From the NCBI GenBank assembly GCA_947627285.1, contig CANQVL010000009.1:9-64008 (forward strand): a DNA stretch of 64,000 nucleotides. The letters run 5' to 3'. Shown here piece by piece: positions 1-7,990 of the stretch; within the stretch, counting starts at the first letter, position 1; each line of letters starts with the position of its first letter. The stretch comes from an uncultured Oscillospiraceae bacterium. Its GTDB lineage: Bacteria > Bacillota > Clostridia > Oscillospirales > Oscillospiraceae. A program made the position numbers and the translations under genes. The notes under the pieces were generated by a model. That model ran no database searches. It had not been told where the DNA came from and worked only from the letters and a program-made list of their open reading frames with translations.

Positions 1-77
1 AAATTGCTGCTTTGCTAATAAGTATTGAGCATCGGATAACCTTGAATAAAAAGATAAATGATAATTTAGCGGCTTAG
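1..77 (+). CDS. hsdS: Type I R-M specificity subunit HsdS, 3' terminal fragment (5' part outside window); frame stops prematurely inside the conserved central helix
   Basis: Frame starting at nt 3 reads IAALLISIEHRITLNKKINDNLAA*, the kI.LNkkIN.NL helix typical of HsdS conserved regions. TAG at 75-77 lies two codons past the inverted repeat at 50-69. Confidence 0.6.
   Translation, partial: IAALLISIEHRITLNKKINDNLAA
50..69. repeat. Left 20-bp inverted repeat (AAAGATAAATGATAATTTAG) bounding an invertible hsdS segment
   Basis: Exact reverse complement of 757-776. It sits in the hsdS codons KKINDNL. Confidence 0.85.
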
Positions 78-751
78 CCGGACACGTTTGCCTGACCATT
101 CATAAGCATAGGAAGAAGCCAATCACGGATTTCATTTAGCATTTGACTTTCCATTGCATTTTCTGTAATAGGTTTTTGAATAGAAAGCTCGGCAAATTTC
201 CTTGCCACACTTTCTGAATAAGGAACCTTATAGGAAAGTAGAGCATCGCTACTTACTACCGGCATTTTAGTGCCAGAAGAAACATTGACGGCGTAATCAA
301 AGAAAGAAGGTCTTGTAATGGTAAATAACGCAAAGTTATAATCATAATCTTTAAGTACACGGTATGAATGGACAGTTCCAGCGACTACCCCGTCGCAAGG
401 AGCTATCCCGGCTTTATGAAGATAGGGTCTAATAGAGCCAAACAAAATGTCTCCCTTCTTCATTTCAAAGAGATTGGTTGTAAAGTTTTTGCTTGAATTG
501 AGTTGTGTAATAGAAATGGAATTTGACGGCATTATACTCAGATCAACGGCAGCCTGTACTGATAAATAGTCGAATGGCTTGGCGTTCTTTTGCATAATCT
601 GCGAAAGCGTTTTTACTTCCCAGTCAACAGGTATTTCACGCTTAACCTGTTCATTCCACACCATTTGACCCCCACTTGAACGATAAGGCTTGCCGTTCTC
701 ATCTGGAAAGTCAAATTGTGTGAACCAATAATCATAAATGGTCTTAGCCAT
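74..751 (-). CDS. hsdS: HsdS target-recognition-domain cassette (half-size specificity subunit), currently inverted relative to the upstream hsdS
   Basis: Starts MAKTIYDYWFTQFDFPDENGKPYRSSGG (second half of the HsdS conserved region), followed by a TRD. Ends with the helix NEIRDWLLPMLMNGQ. No Shine-Dalgarno visible upstream of the ATG in this orientation. Stop overlaps the stop of the + strand fragment. Confidence 0.8.
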   Translation of the reverse strand: MAKTIYDYWFTQFDFPDENGKPYRSSGGQMVWNEQVKREIPVDWEVKTLSQIMQKNAKPFDYLSVQAAVDLSIMPSNSISITQLNSSKNFTTNLFEMKKGDILFGSIRPYLHKAGIAPCDGVVAGTVHSYRVLKDYDYNFALFTITRPSFFDYAVNVSSGTKMPVVSSDALLSYKVPYSESVARKFAELSIQKPITENAMESQMLNEIRDWLLPMLMNGQANVSG

Positions 752-756
752 CTGCT

Positions 757-776
757 CTAAATTATCATTTATCTTT
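757..776. repeat. Right 20-bp inverted repeat (CTAAATTATCATTTATCTTT)
   Basis: Exact reverse complement of 50-69. Confidence 0.85.
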
Positions 777-830
777 CATGAGGACTATGAGATACGGCGT
801 TTATCAATGATTTTAGGTAAGGAAAAACTT

Positions 831-1451
831 ATGGATGAGATGGATCAAATACTAAACGACTTAGAATTAATTTCTGAACAGCATCAACAAATTTATGACC
901 ATGCTTATAAAGTATATACAGATGCTGTCAACTCGATGGTCTCTGTTCTCCTACCGTATGAACGACAGGTCGAGCAGTTGTTGGATGGACTGCTTGACTT
1001 TTGCGATGATAACCGTTTTTTGGAACTTTATAAAAAGCTGTGCCGTCATGTCTATACACTCTACCCACATCTCGTAACGGAATATGTTCAGCTTTACCAT
1101 TCTGAATACGAAGAACAAAAGTCAAAAGCGAAGCAAACGAATTTGAAGAAAGCAACATCAACTTCCATTGAAAAAATGAATGAATTACAGCGCCGCCTTT
1201 TTGATCAAATGTCTGCTGTGGAGCAACAGAAAATACTTGGAGGGTATGCCGCTTCAGTTGTCGATCTTGATAATGGAAATGTGGTTTGCCAGTTCAACAT
1301 GGAGCATTACTTTCCGCCAAAACATGCTATTGAGAGTTTTGCCAGACAAATTCTCCCTGACATTGAGGAATTTTATTCCCATGAAGAAAACCGTCGTGAA
1401 TTTGAGGAATGGAAAAAACAACAAGACAAGGACAAAGGTATAGACAAATAA
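831..1451 (+). CDS. Hypothetical protein, mostly helical, K/S-rich central linker, no family recognised
   Basis: Long ORF in the AT-rich patch. ATG at 831 is preceded by AAGGA at 7-nt spacing (alternative ATG 807; ORF-track start 738 overlaps the inverted repeat). Followed by a strong terminator. Confidence 0.55.
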   Translation: MDEMDQILNDLELISEQHQQIYDHAYKVYTDAVNSMVSVLLPYERQVEQLLDGLLDFCDDNRFLELYKKLCRHVYTLYPHLVTEYVQLYHSEYEEQKSKAKQTNLKKATSTSIEKMNELQRRLFDQMSAVEQQKILGGYAASVVDLDNGNVVCQFNMEHYFPPKHAIESFARQILPDIEEFYSHEENRREFEEWKKQQDKDKGIDK

Positions 1452-1453
1452 CC

Positions 1454-1499
1454 AAAAAGCACGAAGTGCAGGGATTGCTCCCCATACTTCGTGCTTTTT
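1454..1499 (+). terminator. Rho-independent terminator
   Basis: AAAAAGCACGAAGT ... ACTTCGTGCTTTTT: perfect 9-bp GC-containing stem plus T-run. Confidence 0.75.
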
Positions 1500-1710
1500 G
1501 TTTGCCCCAATCCAGTCTGACAGATGCCGCAATTAAAATTTTTGCTTCATAACTTTCTTATGGGCACCCGGCATTGAGCCGGGGGCTTTTTGTGAAGGGT
1601 GTTGAGAGAAACGTCTTAACGGACGGTAGATTTCTTCACATTTGGGTGGTATAATATCCAGTGTCGAGTAGGTGACTGTTTGACAAATCGGGCTTTTGAA
1701 GGAGAGATCA

Positions 1711-2235
1711 ATGAATATTGAACTGATAAGATTAACCACCGAATATAGAGAACAGTTATTTGAAATGCTGACGGAGTGGAAGAATGATATCATAGAAAAT
1801 CATACCAATATGTCTCCATGGAAAATATGGGCTAATGATTTTCATGATTTAGAGTGTTACATAGAAAGCCTTGATACAGGGAAAAAGGAAGAGAATGGTT
1901 GGGTTCCTGATACGACTTTGTTTTGTCTTGATAAGGACAGAAATATATTTGTAGGAGCTGTTAATATCCGTCATTATTTAAATGATGAACTATTAAAAAC
2001 TGGCGGGCATATAGGAGATGGCGTCAGACCCAGTGAAAGACGAAAAGGTTATGCGACAGCAATGATTGCTTTAGCATTAGAAGAATGTAAAAAACTTGGC
2101 ATTAAGAGGGTTTTGATGACTTGCGACAAAAATAACATAGGTTCAGCGAAATCAATAATCAATAATGGTGGTGTATTAGAAAATGAAGTTGAAGAAGATG
2201 GACATATTGAGCTACGTTATTGGATTCAGTTATAG
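1711..2235 (+). CDS. GNAT family N-acetyltransferase
   Basis: Acetyl-CoA binding motif region VRPSERRKGYATAMIALALEECKKLG. GGAGAG RBS before ATG 1711. TGGTATAAT extended -10 near 1648. Confidence 0.85.
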   Translation: MNIELIRLTTEYREQLFEMLTEWKNDIIENHTNMSPWKIWANDFHDLECYIESLDTGKKEENGWVPDTTLFCLDKDRNIFVGAVNIRHYLNDELLKTGGHIGDGVRPSERRKGYATAMIALALEECKKLGIKRVLMTCDKNNIGSAKSIINNGGVLENEVEEDGHIELRYWIQL

Positions 2236-2282
2236 TCCAGATTCCCGTTTGTTGAGAAGATGCAAAACCCTTTAGGAACTAA

Positions 2283-2293
2283 AGGGCGCACTT
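2283..2293 (-). promoter_or_regulatory. Candidate oriT nic core AAGTGCGCCCT (MobQ family)
   Basis: Minus strand reads GAAGTGCGCCCTTTAG. The 11-nt core equals the nic region shared by RSF1010/R1162 and pC221-type oriTs as I recall them. It is embedded in the imperfect inverted repeat GCGCAC...GTGCGC (2287-2329). Confidence 0.5.
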
Positions 2294-2533
2294 CTATACA
2301 TAGGTCTGGCGACCATGTATCGTGCGCTCGGAAGGCTCTCTCTGACAGCAGGAAGCCGCCGTCCGAGAGGTTTCGTCGCTTCGCTCCGTCAAGGGGGCTA
2401 CACCCCCTTGCACGCTCGCGCGGCTATCCCCTGTGTACTTGCCGAACAGATAAACCCGCTTCGCGTCTTTACCTGTTCAACAAGTCTGAAAACTGAATAC
2501 CGAAAGATTGACCGTTGACACACCGGCTCCCCG

Positions 2534-2878
2534 GTGAAAAAGCCAACGGTCTTTTTTATCCAAAAATCAAAGCAGTCAGCCGCCTACCGCTCCGGGGAAA
2601 AGCTGTTTGGCGAATACTACGGCGAGTACAGCGACTACACCCGCAAGGGCGGTGTGATCTGCTCCGGCATCCTGCTACCGCCCCAAGCCCCGCCGGAGTA
2701 CCAAGACCGCCGGGCCCTATGGAACGCCGTGGAGAAAGCCGAGCGCGGCGGGAACGCCCAGCTTGCATACAGTTTTGAGATTTCCTTGCAGAATGAGTTT
2801 TCTCTTGAGGAAAATATCGCTCTGGCAAGGCAATTTTTATCGGAGCGGTTTGTCTGCCGGTTGAAATTTCTGCGGTAA
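2534..2878 (+). pseudogene. MobA/MobL-family relaxase, N-terminal fragment only (about 100 aa of a protein normally several hundred aa long)
   Basis: SAAYRSGEKL...YSDYTRKGGV...LLPPQAPPEY.DRRALWNAVEKAERGGNAQLAYSFEISL matches the relaxase N-domain. The MAIYH-type start is degenerate and homology stops near 2855, just before cobB. Confidence 0.7.
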
Positions 2879-2918
2879 GGTGATAGAATCAGGGTATCAA
2901 GGCTTAGGAGGGGTCGGT

Positions 2919-3641
2919 ATGGGCGGGAAGATCGAGAGGCTTCAAGGGCTTATTGACGGGGCGGAGAGGATAGTGTTTTTTGGGGGCGCGGGGGTGTCCA
3001 CGGAGAGCGGGATACCTGATTTCCGAAGTGTGGACGGGCTCTACAACCAAAAGTACGACTACCCGCCGGAGGAGATACTGAGCCGCAGCTTTTTTGACCG
3101 GTATCCCGATGAGTTTTACCGCTTTTACCGGGACAAGCTGATAGTTCGTGGGGCAAAGCCCAACGCCGCCCACGAATATCTGGCGCGGCTTGAAAAGCGG
3201 GGAAAGCTCCGGGCGGTGGTGACGCAGAACATCGACGGGCTCCACCAGGCGGCGGGCAGTAAAAACGTCCTGGAGCTCCACGGGACGCTTTTAAAGAATT
3301 ACTGCGTCAAGTGCGGCAGGCGCTATGACGCGGATTTCGTCCAGAACGCCTCCGAGACGCCCCGGTGCACCGCCTGCGGGGGTATAGTGAGGCCCGACAT
3401 CGTGCTTTACGAGGAGGGGCTTGACCAGGACGTGCTTTCAAGGGCGGTGACGGAGATCTCCCGTGCGGATATGCTCATCATCGGCGGCACGTCTCTGGCG
3501 GTCTACCCGGCGGCGGGGCTTATCCACTACTTCAGGGGGCCGCATCTGGTGCTGATAAACAAGTCCCCCACGCCCATGGGCTCCCTGGCGGAGCTTGTTA
3601 TCGCCGGAAAAATCGGGGAGGTCTTCTCACAGCTGCGCTGA
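2919..3641 (+). CDS. cobB: NAD-dependent protein deacylase, Sir2 family
   Basis: GAGVSTESGIPDFRS, QNIDGLH, zinc ribbon CVKCG...CTACGG. AGGAGG RBS before ATG 2919. Confidence 0.9.
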   Translation: MGGKIERLQGLIDGAERIVFFGGAGVSTESGIPDFRSVDGLYNQKYDYPPEEILSRSFFDRYPDEFYRFYRDKLIVRGAKPNAAHEYLARLEKRGKLRAVVTQNIDGLHQAAGSKNVLELHGTLLKNYCVKCGRRYDADFVQNASETPRCTACGGIVRPDIVLYEEGLDQDVLSRAVTEISRADMLIIGGTSLAVYPAAGLIHYFRGPHLVLINKSPTPMGSLAELVIAGKIGEVFSQLR

Positions 3642-4130
3642 CTGCTCCTCTGCCCTTACGCCCTCGATATGCAGGAGCCTTGCCCGAGAGTAGACGTAGC
3701 TTGAGAGCTTACGGTCCAGCGCGTCGTAGGTGTGGGCGCAGACAAGTATCTCCGGCTCAGTCTTGACTATGACGGGGGAGTGGTAGAAGCGGCCCTCCGA
3801 CCCGCCGAGCTGGAGGATGTCGCCGGGCTCCGCCTCGGAAAGAGGGGCTTCACGGGCGAAGGGCCCCGCGCCATTATTTCTTACGAGAAAGTCATACAGG
3901 TATTCCACCCCCGTCCAGGAGGCTGTGCGCTCGTTTGCCGAGATGTAGTACCAGCCCGTGACGGGGGTGTAGTTCATGACGCCGGAGCCCGCGAAAATAC
4001 ATTGTGAGGCGAAATTTGTGCAGTCGCCGCCTATTTCCTGGAAGTCGTAGTACCGGGGGTTCCTTGTAAGCGCCCAGCGCCTTGCGTACTCCACCGCCGC
4101 GTATCTGTCGTAGGGCTTTTCAATGAGCAT
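3627..4130 (-). CDS. Putative amidase-domain protein (Amidase_6-like)
   Basis: GGDCTNFASQC nucleophile-type motif and overall resemblance to the putative amidase domain family. Its 3' end overlaps cobB by 15 nt. Confidence 0.7.
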   Translation of the reverse strand: MLIEKPYDRYAAVEYARRWALTRNPRYYDFQEIGGDCTNFASQCIFAGSGVMNYTPVTGWYYISANERTASWTGVEYLYDFLVRNNGAGPFAREAPLSEAEPGDILQLGGSEGRFYHSPVIVKTEPEILVCAHTYDALDRKLSSYVYSRARLLHIEGVRAEEQSAQL

Positions 4131-4225
4131 AGCTATACCTCTTTACCGATATTTCGCCACATAATATGCCGGGTTTTCACCGACCGACACGCGGCGGCGT
4201 ATAATGCGGCAGGGAGGGATAAATT

Positions 4226-5506
4226 ATGCTCATTCATATCATTCGCCGGGGAGACACGCTCTACGCCATCGCCCGGCGCTACGGCACCTCGGTCCAGCGT
4301 ATCCGTTCGGACAACGGGCTTGGGGAGAATCAGACGCTTGTGGTGGGGCAGGCGCTTTTAATCACACTGCCGTCGCAGGTTTACACGGTGCGGCAGGGGG
4401 ATACCCTGTACTCCATCGGCAGGAGGTTCGGCGTCAGCGTTCCGGAGCTTATCCAGAATAACCCGGAGCTCGCCCAAAACGAGACGATACGCCCGGGACA
4501 ACAGCTGACGGTAAGCTTTCAGGGCTCGAAAATACGCTCGATAGCCACAAAGGGCTACGCCTATCCACACATTCAGCGCTCAACGCTCCTGGGCGCCCTG
4601 CCGTATCTTACGTACCTTGCCGTTTTCACCTACGGCTTTACGGAATCGGGCACGCTGATACCCGCTTCGGACACGGAGCTCATCGCCGCCGCTTACAGGT
4701 TCAACACGGCGCCGGTGCTTGTTTTTTCCAGTCTTGATGAGACGGGTGGCTTCTCCACCGCCAGGGCGTCCCGGCTCTTTTCCGACCCGCAGCTCCAGGA
4801 CACGGTGCTGACGAACCTTCTGGAGGTCATGCGGGAGAAGGGGTATGTGGGCGTCGACATGGACTTTGAATACATCGCCCCGGAGGACGCGGAGGGATAT
4901 CAGGCGTTCCTGCGAAGGGCTGTGGAGAGGCTGAGGCCCAACGGCTTCACCGTAAGCGCGGACCTGGCGCCGAAGATCACCGCCAACCAGCCGGGGCTCC
5001 TTTACGAGGCCCACGACTACCCCGCCATCGGCGCGATTGTGGACAGGGTGCTGCTGATGACCTACGAGTGGGGCTACACCTACGGTCCGCCAATGGCTGT
5101 GGCGCCAATAAACCAGGTGCGGAATGTGGTGAAGTACGCCGTCACGGAGATCCCGCCGGAGAAGATAATGATGGGCATACCCAATTACGGCTACGACTGG
5201 ACTCTGCCCTATGAACAAGGCGTGACGAGGGCGGAGAACATCGGCAACCAGGGCGCGGTGCTCAGGGCGGCAAGGTACGGGGCGGAGATACAGTTTGACG
5301 AGACCACCCAGTCGCCGTTTTACGAGTATTACGCGGGCGGACGCCGCCACACGGTGTGGTTCGAGGATGTGAGGAGCGTTGAGGCAAAGCTGGCGCTGGC
5401 TGACGAATACGGGCTCTACGGCGTGGGGTACTGGAATATAATGCGCCCCTTCAACCAAAACTGGGTGCTTTTGGCGGCGAGGTACAATATTGAGAAGATA
5501 GTGTAG
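4226..5506 (+). CDS. LysM-repeat glycoside hydrolase family 18 protein (YaaH/SleL-like spore peptidoglycan hydrolase)
   Basis: Two LysM repeats (RRGDTLYAIARRYG, RQGDTLYSIGRRFG) and the GH18 motif GVDMDFEY. Confidence 0.85.
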   Translation: MLIHIIRRGDTLYAIARRYGTSVQRIRSDNGLGENQTLVVGQALLITLPSQVYTVRQGDTLYSIGRRFGVSVPELIQNNPELAQNETIRPGQQLTVSFQGSKIRSIATKGYAYPHIQRSTLLGALPYLTYLAVFTYGFTESGTLIPASDTELIAAAYRFNTAPVLVFSSLDETGGFSTARASRLFSDPQLQDTVLTNLLEVMREKGYVGVDMDFEYIAPEDAEGYQAFLRRAVERLRPNGFTVSADLAPKITANQPGLLYEAHDYPAIGAIVDRVLLMTYEWGYTYGPPMAVAPINQVRNVVKYAVTEIPPEKIMMGIPNYGYDWTLPYEQGVTRAENIGNQGAVLRAARYGAEIQFDETTQSPFYEYYAGGRRHTVWFEDVRSVEAKLALADEYGLYGVGYWNIMRPFNQNWVLLAARYNIEKIV

Positions 5507-5591
5507 GTGTAACGGCTAATCGCAACATTCGCTATTGAAAATTTCCCGAAAGGTGATAACATCAGCTCATAACGGATCCGGGAGAGATATA

Positions 5592-7097
5592 ATGTCCGAC
5601 ATACATGAGCACAGGGGGAAGACGGTCATAACCGCGCTGGACCGCCTGCCCTACGGAAGCCCCGGCGGTCCAGGCGAGACCGGCAGGGTGGGAAAGGCGC
5701 GGGAGCCGGAGGGCGTAACGAAGCGGGAGCTCTACCGCGACGTGATATTTATCGCCATGCCCAGCCTCATTGAGCTGGTGCTGACACAGCTCACCTCCAT
5801 CGCCGACCAGATGATGGTGGGCAACCTGCCCGGCTATGAGGGCATAGTCGCCCTCACCGCCGTGGGACTTGCCTCACAGCCGAAATTCCTGCTTATGACC
5901 ATGATACAGGCCATGAACGTGGGAGCTACGGCTGTGATAGCACGCTTTCGCGGGAGGCAGGACAGGGAAAAGTGCAATCAGGTGTTCAAGCACGCCATGA
6001 TATTGAACCTCCTTATGAGCGTCGTATTCATGGCGGTGGGGCTTGCCTGCTCTGAGTGGCTCATCAGCTTCATGGGCGGCACGGGCATAAGCGAGGAGGC
6101 GCTCAGGCTGGGCAAGGAGTACCTTGACATCCAGCTCTACGGCTTCATACCGCTTTGCGTCACCATAACCGTCACCGCCGTGCTTCGTGGCATTGGCGAC
6201 ACCAAGACGCCGATGATATACAACACTGTGGCGAATGTGGTTAATTTGGGCTTCAACTACGTGATGATCTACGGACACTTCGGCGTTGCGAAGATGGGCG
6301 TGGCGGGGGCGTCCTGGGCGACCAACATCGGGCAGACCGTGGCGTTTGTCATAGCCATGTGGGTGAGCCTGGGGAAGAAAAAATACGTCTATCTGGACTT
6401 GAGGGAAAGATTCACCTTCAACAAGGGGCTCATGGGCGACGTCATAAACATCGGCGTCCCGTCTATGATAGAGCAGCTTCTCATGCGCGCGGGGCTCATA
6501 ATCTACACCCGCCAGGTCACGGGGCTTGGCGACACCGTGTACGCCACGCACAACGTGTGTATGTCCATACAGTCAATGAGCTTCATGATGGGTCAGGCCT
6601 TCGCCAACGCCGCCACGACCCTCATGGGGCAGTCCATAGGCAAGCGGCGGTACGATATGTCGGCGGTGTATATGCGCAGGACCAGGGACCTGGGGATCGC
6701 CGCGTCGTTTTTGACGGCGGCGCTGATGGTGCTTTTCAACAGGCAGATCATAGGTATGTTCAAAAACGACCCGCAGGTAATCAGCATGGGCGCGCCCATA
6801 TTGCTGCTGCTGGCGGCGTCCCAGCCCTTCCAGGCGGACCAGTTTATCGTCTCCGGCGGGCTCAGGGGAGCGGGGGACACCCGCTTTACCGCGGTGGTGA
6901 TGGCGATAACCGTCCTGGGTCTCAGAAGCGGGCTTGCCATACTGCTTATAAATTACGCGAACCTCGGTCTGTGGGGAGCGTGGATTGCCCTGGTCATCGA
7001 CCAGTGCTCCAGAACCTTCATAATGGCAGCCAGATACCATTCGGGGAAATGGAAGGAGATAAGCCGGAGCTTTAAACATTCCCACGCGCAAGCTTAG
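5592..7097 (+). CDS. MATE family efflux transporter
   Basis: Multi-TM MATE-like sequence. ATG 5592 has a GGAGAG RBS (the ORF track begins at an upstream TTG, 5535). Confidence 0.85.
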   Translation: MSDIHEHRGKTVITALDRLPYGSPGGPGETGRVGKAREPEGVTKRELYRDVIFIAMPSLIELVLTQLTSIADQMMVGNLPGYEGIVALTAVGLASQPKFLLMTMIQAMNVGATAVIARFRGRQDREKCNQVFKHAMILNLLMSVVFMAVGLACSEWLISFMGGTGISEEALRLGKEYLDIQLYGFIPLCVTITVTAVLRGIGDTKTPMIYNTVANVVNLGFNYVMIYGHFGVAKMGVAGASWATNIGQTVAFVIAMWVSLGKKKYVYLDLRERFTFNKGLMGDVINIGVPSMIEQLLMRAGLIIYTRQVTGLGDTVYATHNVCMSIQSMSFMMGQAFANAATTLMGQSIGKRRYDMSAVYMRRTRDLGIAASFLTAALMVLFNRQIIGMFKNDPQVISMGAPILLLLAASQPFQADQFIVSGGLRGAGDTRFTAVVMAITVLGLRSGLAILLINYANLGLWGAWIALVIDQCSRTFIMAARYHSGKWKEISRSFKHSHAQA

Positions 7098-7129
7098 AAC
7101 GCGGCTTAAAAACGGAGTGCCAAAAGCTC

Positions 7130-7225
7130 AAAAGGATTCGGAAATGTCCGCGGACATTTCCGAATCCTTTTTCGCACGTATTCCCTTCAAGTATAGAAAA
7201 AGGCAAAGCCTTTTTCTATACTTGA
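7130..7225 (+). repeat. Hairpin-repeat family, copy A (modules HP3-linker-HP4)
   Basis: 42-nt perfect palindrome AAAAGGATTCGGAAATGTCCGCGGACATTTCCGAATCCTTTT (7130-7171), linker CGCACGTATTCCC, then hairpin TCAAGTATAGAAAAAGGC-AAA-GCCTTTTTCTATACTTGA (7187-7225). Lies between convergent genes. Confidence 0.85.
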
Positions 7226-7977
7226 TACGCCCACATATTTCTGATCTCGCCCTGTATATCCTCGTAGCTCCAGGTTTTGCAGTTGGAGGGGCGGTAGGGG
7301 TCGTAGACCTGGAAGCCCTCCTCGTCACAGCCGGTGAGGACGATGTAGTGGCCCGTCTCGGTGAAGTGACCGGTGCCCATGATGCAGATCATTGGGTTCC
7401 CCGCCTCCAGCTCGGAGCGCATGGTGGGCTCCCAAAGGGGTATCTCCCTCGCGGTGAGGCCCAGCTTTTCGGCGCCCTCGGAGAAGAGCAGCCACGCGGT
7501 GCCGTTGCCGGCGACGCAGTAGCCCTCGCTGATGGCGAAATCCGCTATGTACGCCGGCGTCAGCGTGCCGTCGCCGGTGAGGCCCATCGCAACCATGGAA
7601 AGCGCCGTGGGACCGCAGCCGGTCCAGCCCATGAGCCCGGAGCCGTAGCGGCAGTACCCCCAACGGCTGTCCCACTGGGTGAAATAGGGTATCTCGCCCT
7701 CGGCAAGCTCGTCGGAGAGGTCCAGCGTCAGGTCGTAGTCCGTCACGCCGTCAAAGCCGTCCAGGTACGCCTGGGCCTCGGGGTTCTTTTCGGAGATCTC
7801 CAAGAAGGCCTCGCGAATGTCCTCGTCGCTGATGTTGGAGTAGGCGCGGGCGCGGTTGATGAACGCCCTTATCTTGCCCATACCGCCTGTGGCGGCGACA
7901 AGGGCGGACACAAGGGCGAGGATGAGGATAAGTATTATGAGCCCCGCGAGGGGGCTTCTTTTTTTGCTGTCGTGCAT
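7216..7977 (-). CDS. Membrane-anchored C39-like (papain-fold) cysteine peptidase domain protein
   Basis: N-terminal TM helix, Cys motif GWTGCGPTALSMV, His motif GHYIVLTG. Confidence 0.7.
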   Translation of the reverse strand: MHDSKKRSPLAGLIILILILALVSALVAATGGMGKIRAFINRARAYSNISDEDIREAFLEISEKNPEAQAYLDGFDGVTDYDLTLDLSDELAEGEIPYFTQWDSRWGYCRYGSGLMGWTGCGPTALSMVAMGLTGDGTLTPAYIADFAISEGYCVAGNGTAWLLFSEGAEKLGLTAREIPLWEPTMRSELEAGNPMICIMGTGHFTETGHYIVLTGCDEEGFQVYDPYRPSNCKTWSYEDIQGEIRNMWAYQV

Positions 7978-7990
7978 ATTCAGCCGCCTT

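Larger units (their letters stand above)
2260..2878 (+). mobile_element. Relic of a mobilizable element: MobQ-type oriT plus truncated MobA/MobL relaxase gene
   Basis: The nic-core motif and the relaxase N-terminal homology are adjacent. An abrupt composition change at about 2250 and the start of core genes at about 2880 delimit the relic. Confidence 0.6.

Noticed and set aside
738-830. N-terminal extension of the hypothetical gene as given in the ORF track (start 738).
   Set aside because: The extension overlaps the hsdS cassette start and the right inverted repeat and has no RBS. ATG 831 (or 807) is better supported.
1533-1793. 86-aa minus-strand ORF between the hypothetical gene and the GNAT.
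   Set aside because: It overlaps the GNAT start and its promoter region, has no RBS, and has a low-complexity hydrophobic translation.
2260-2778. Overlapping 67-90-aa ORFs (2260-2496, 2315-2518, 2515-2778, 2556-2828).
   Set aside because: They lie in the oriT-like region or out of frame with the relaxase remnant, have Arg/Pro-rich translations, and lack start signals.
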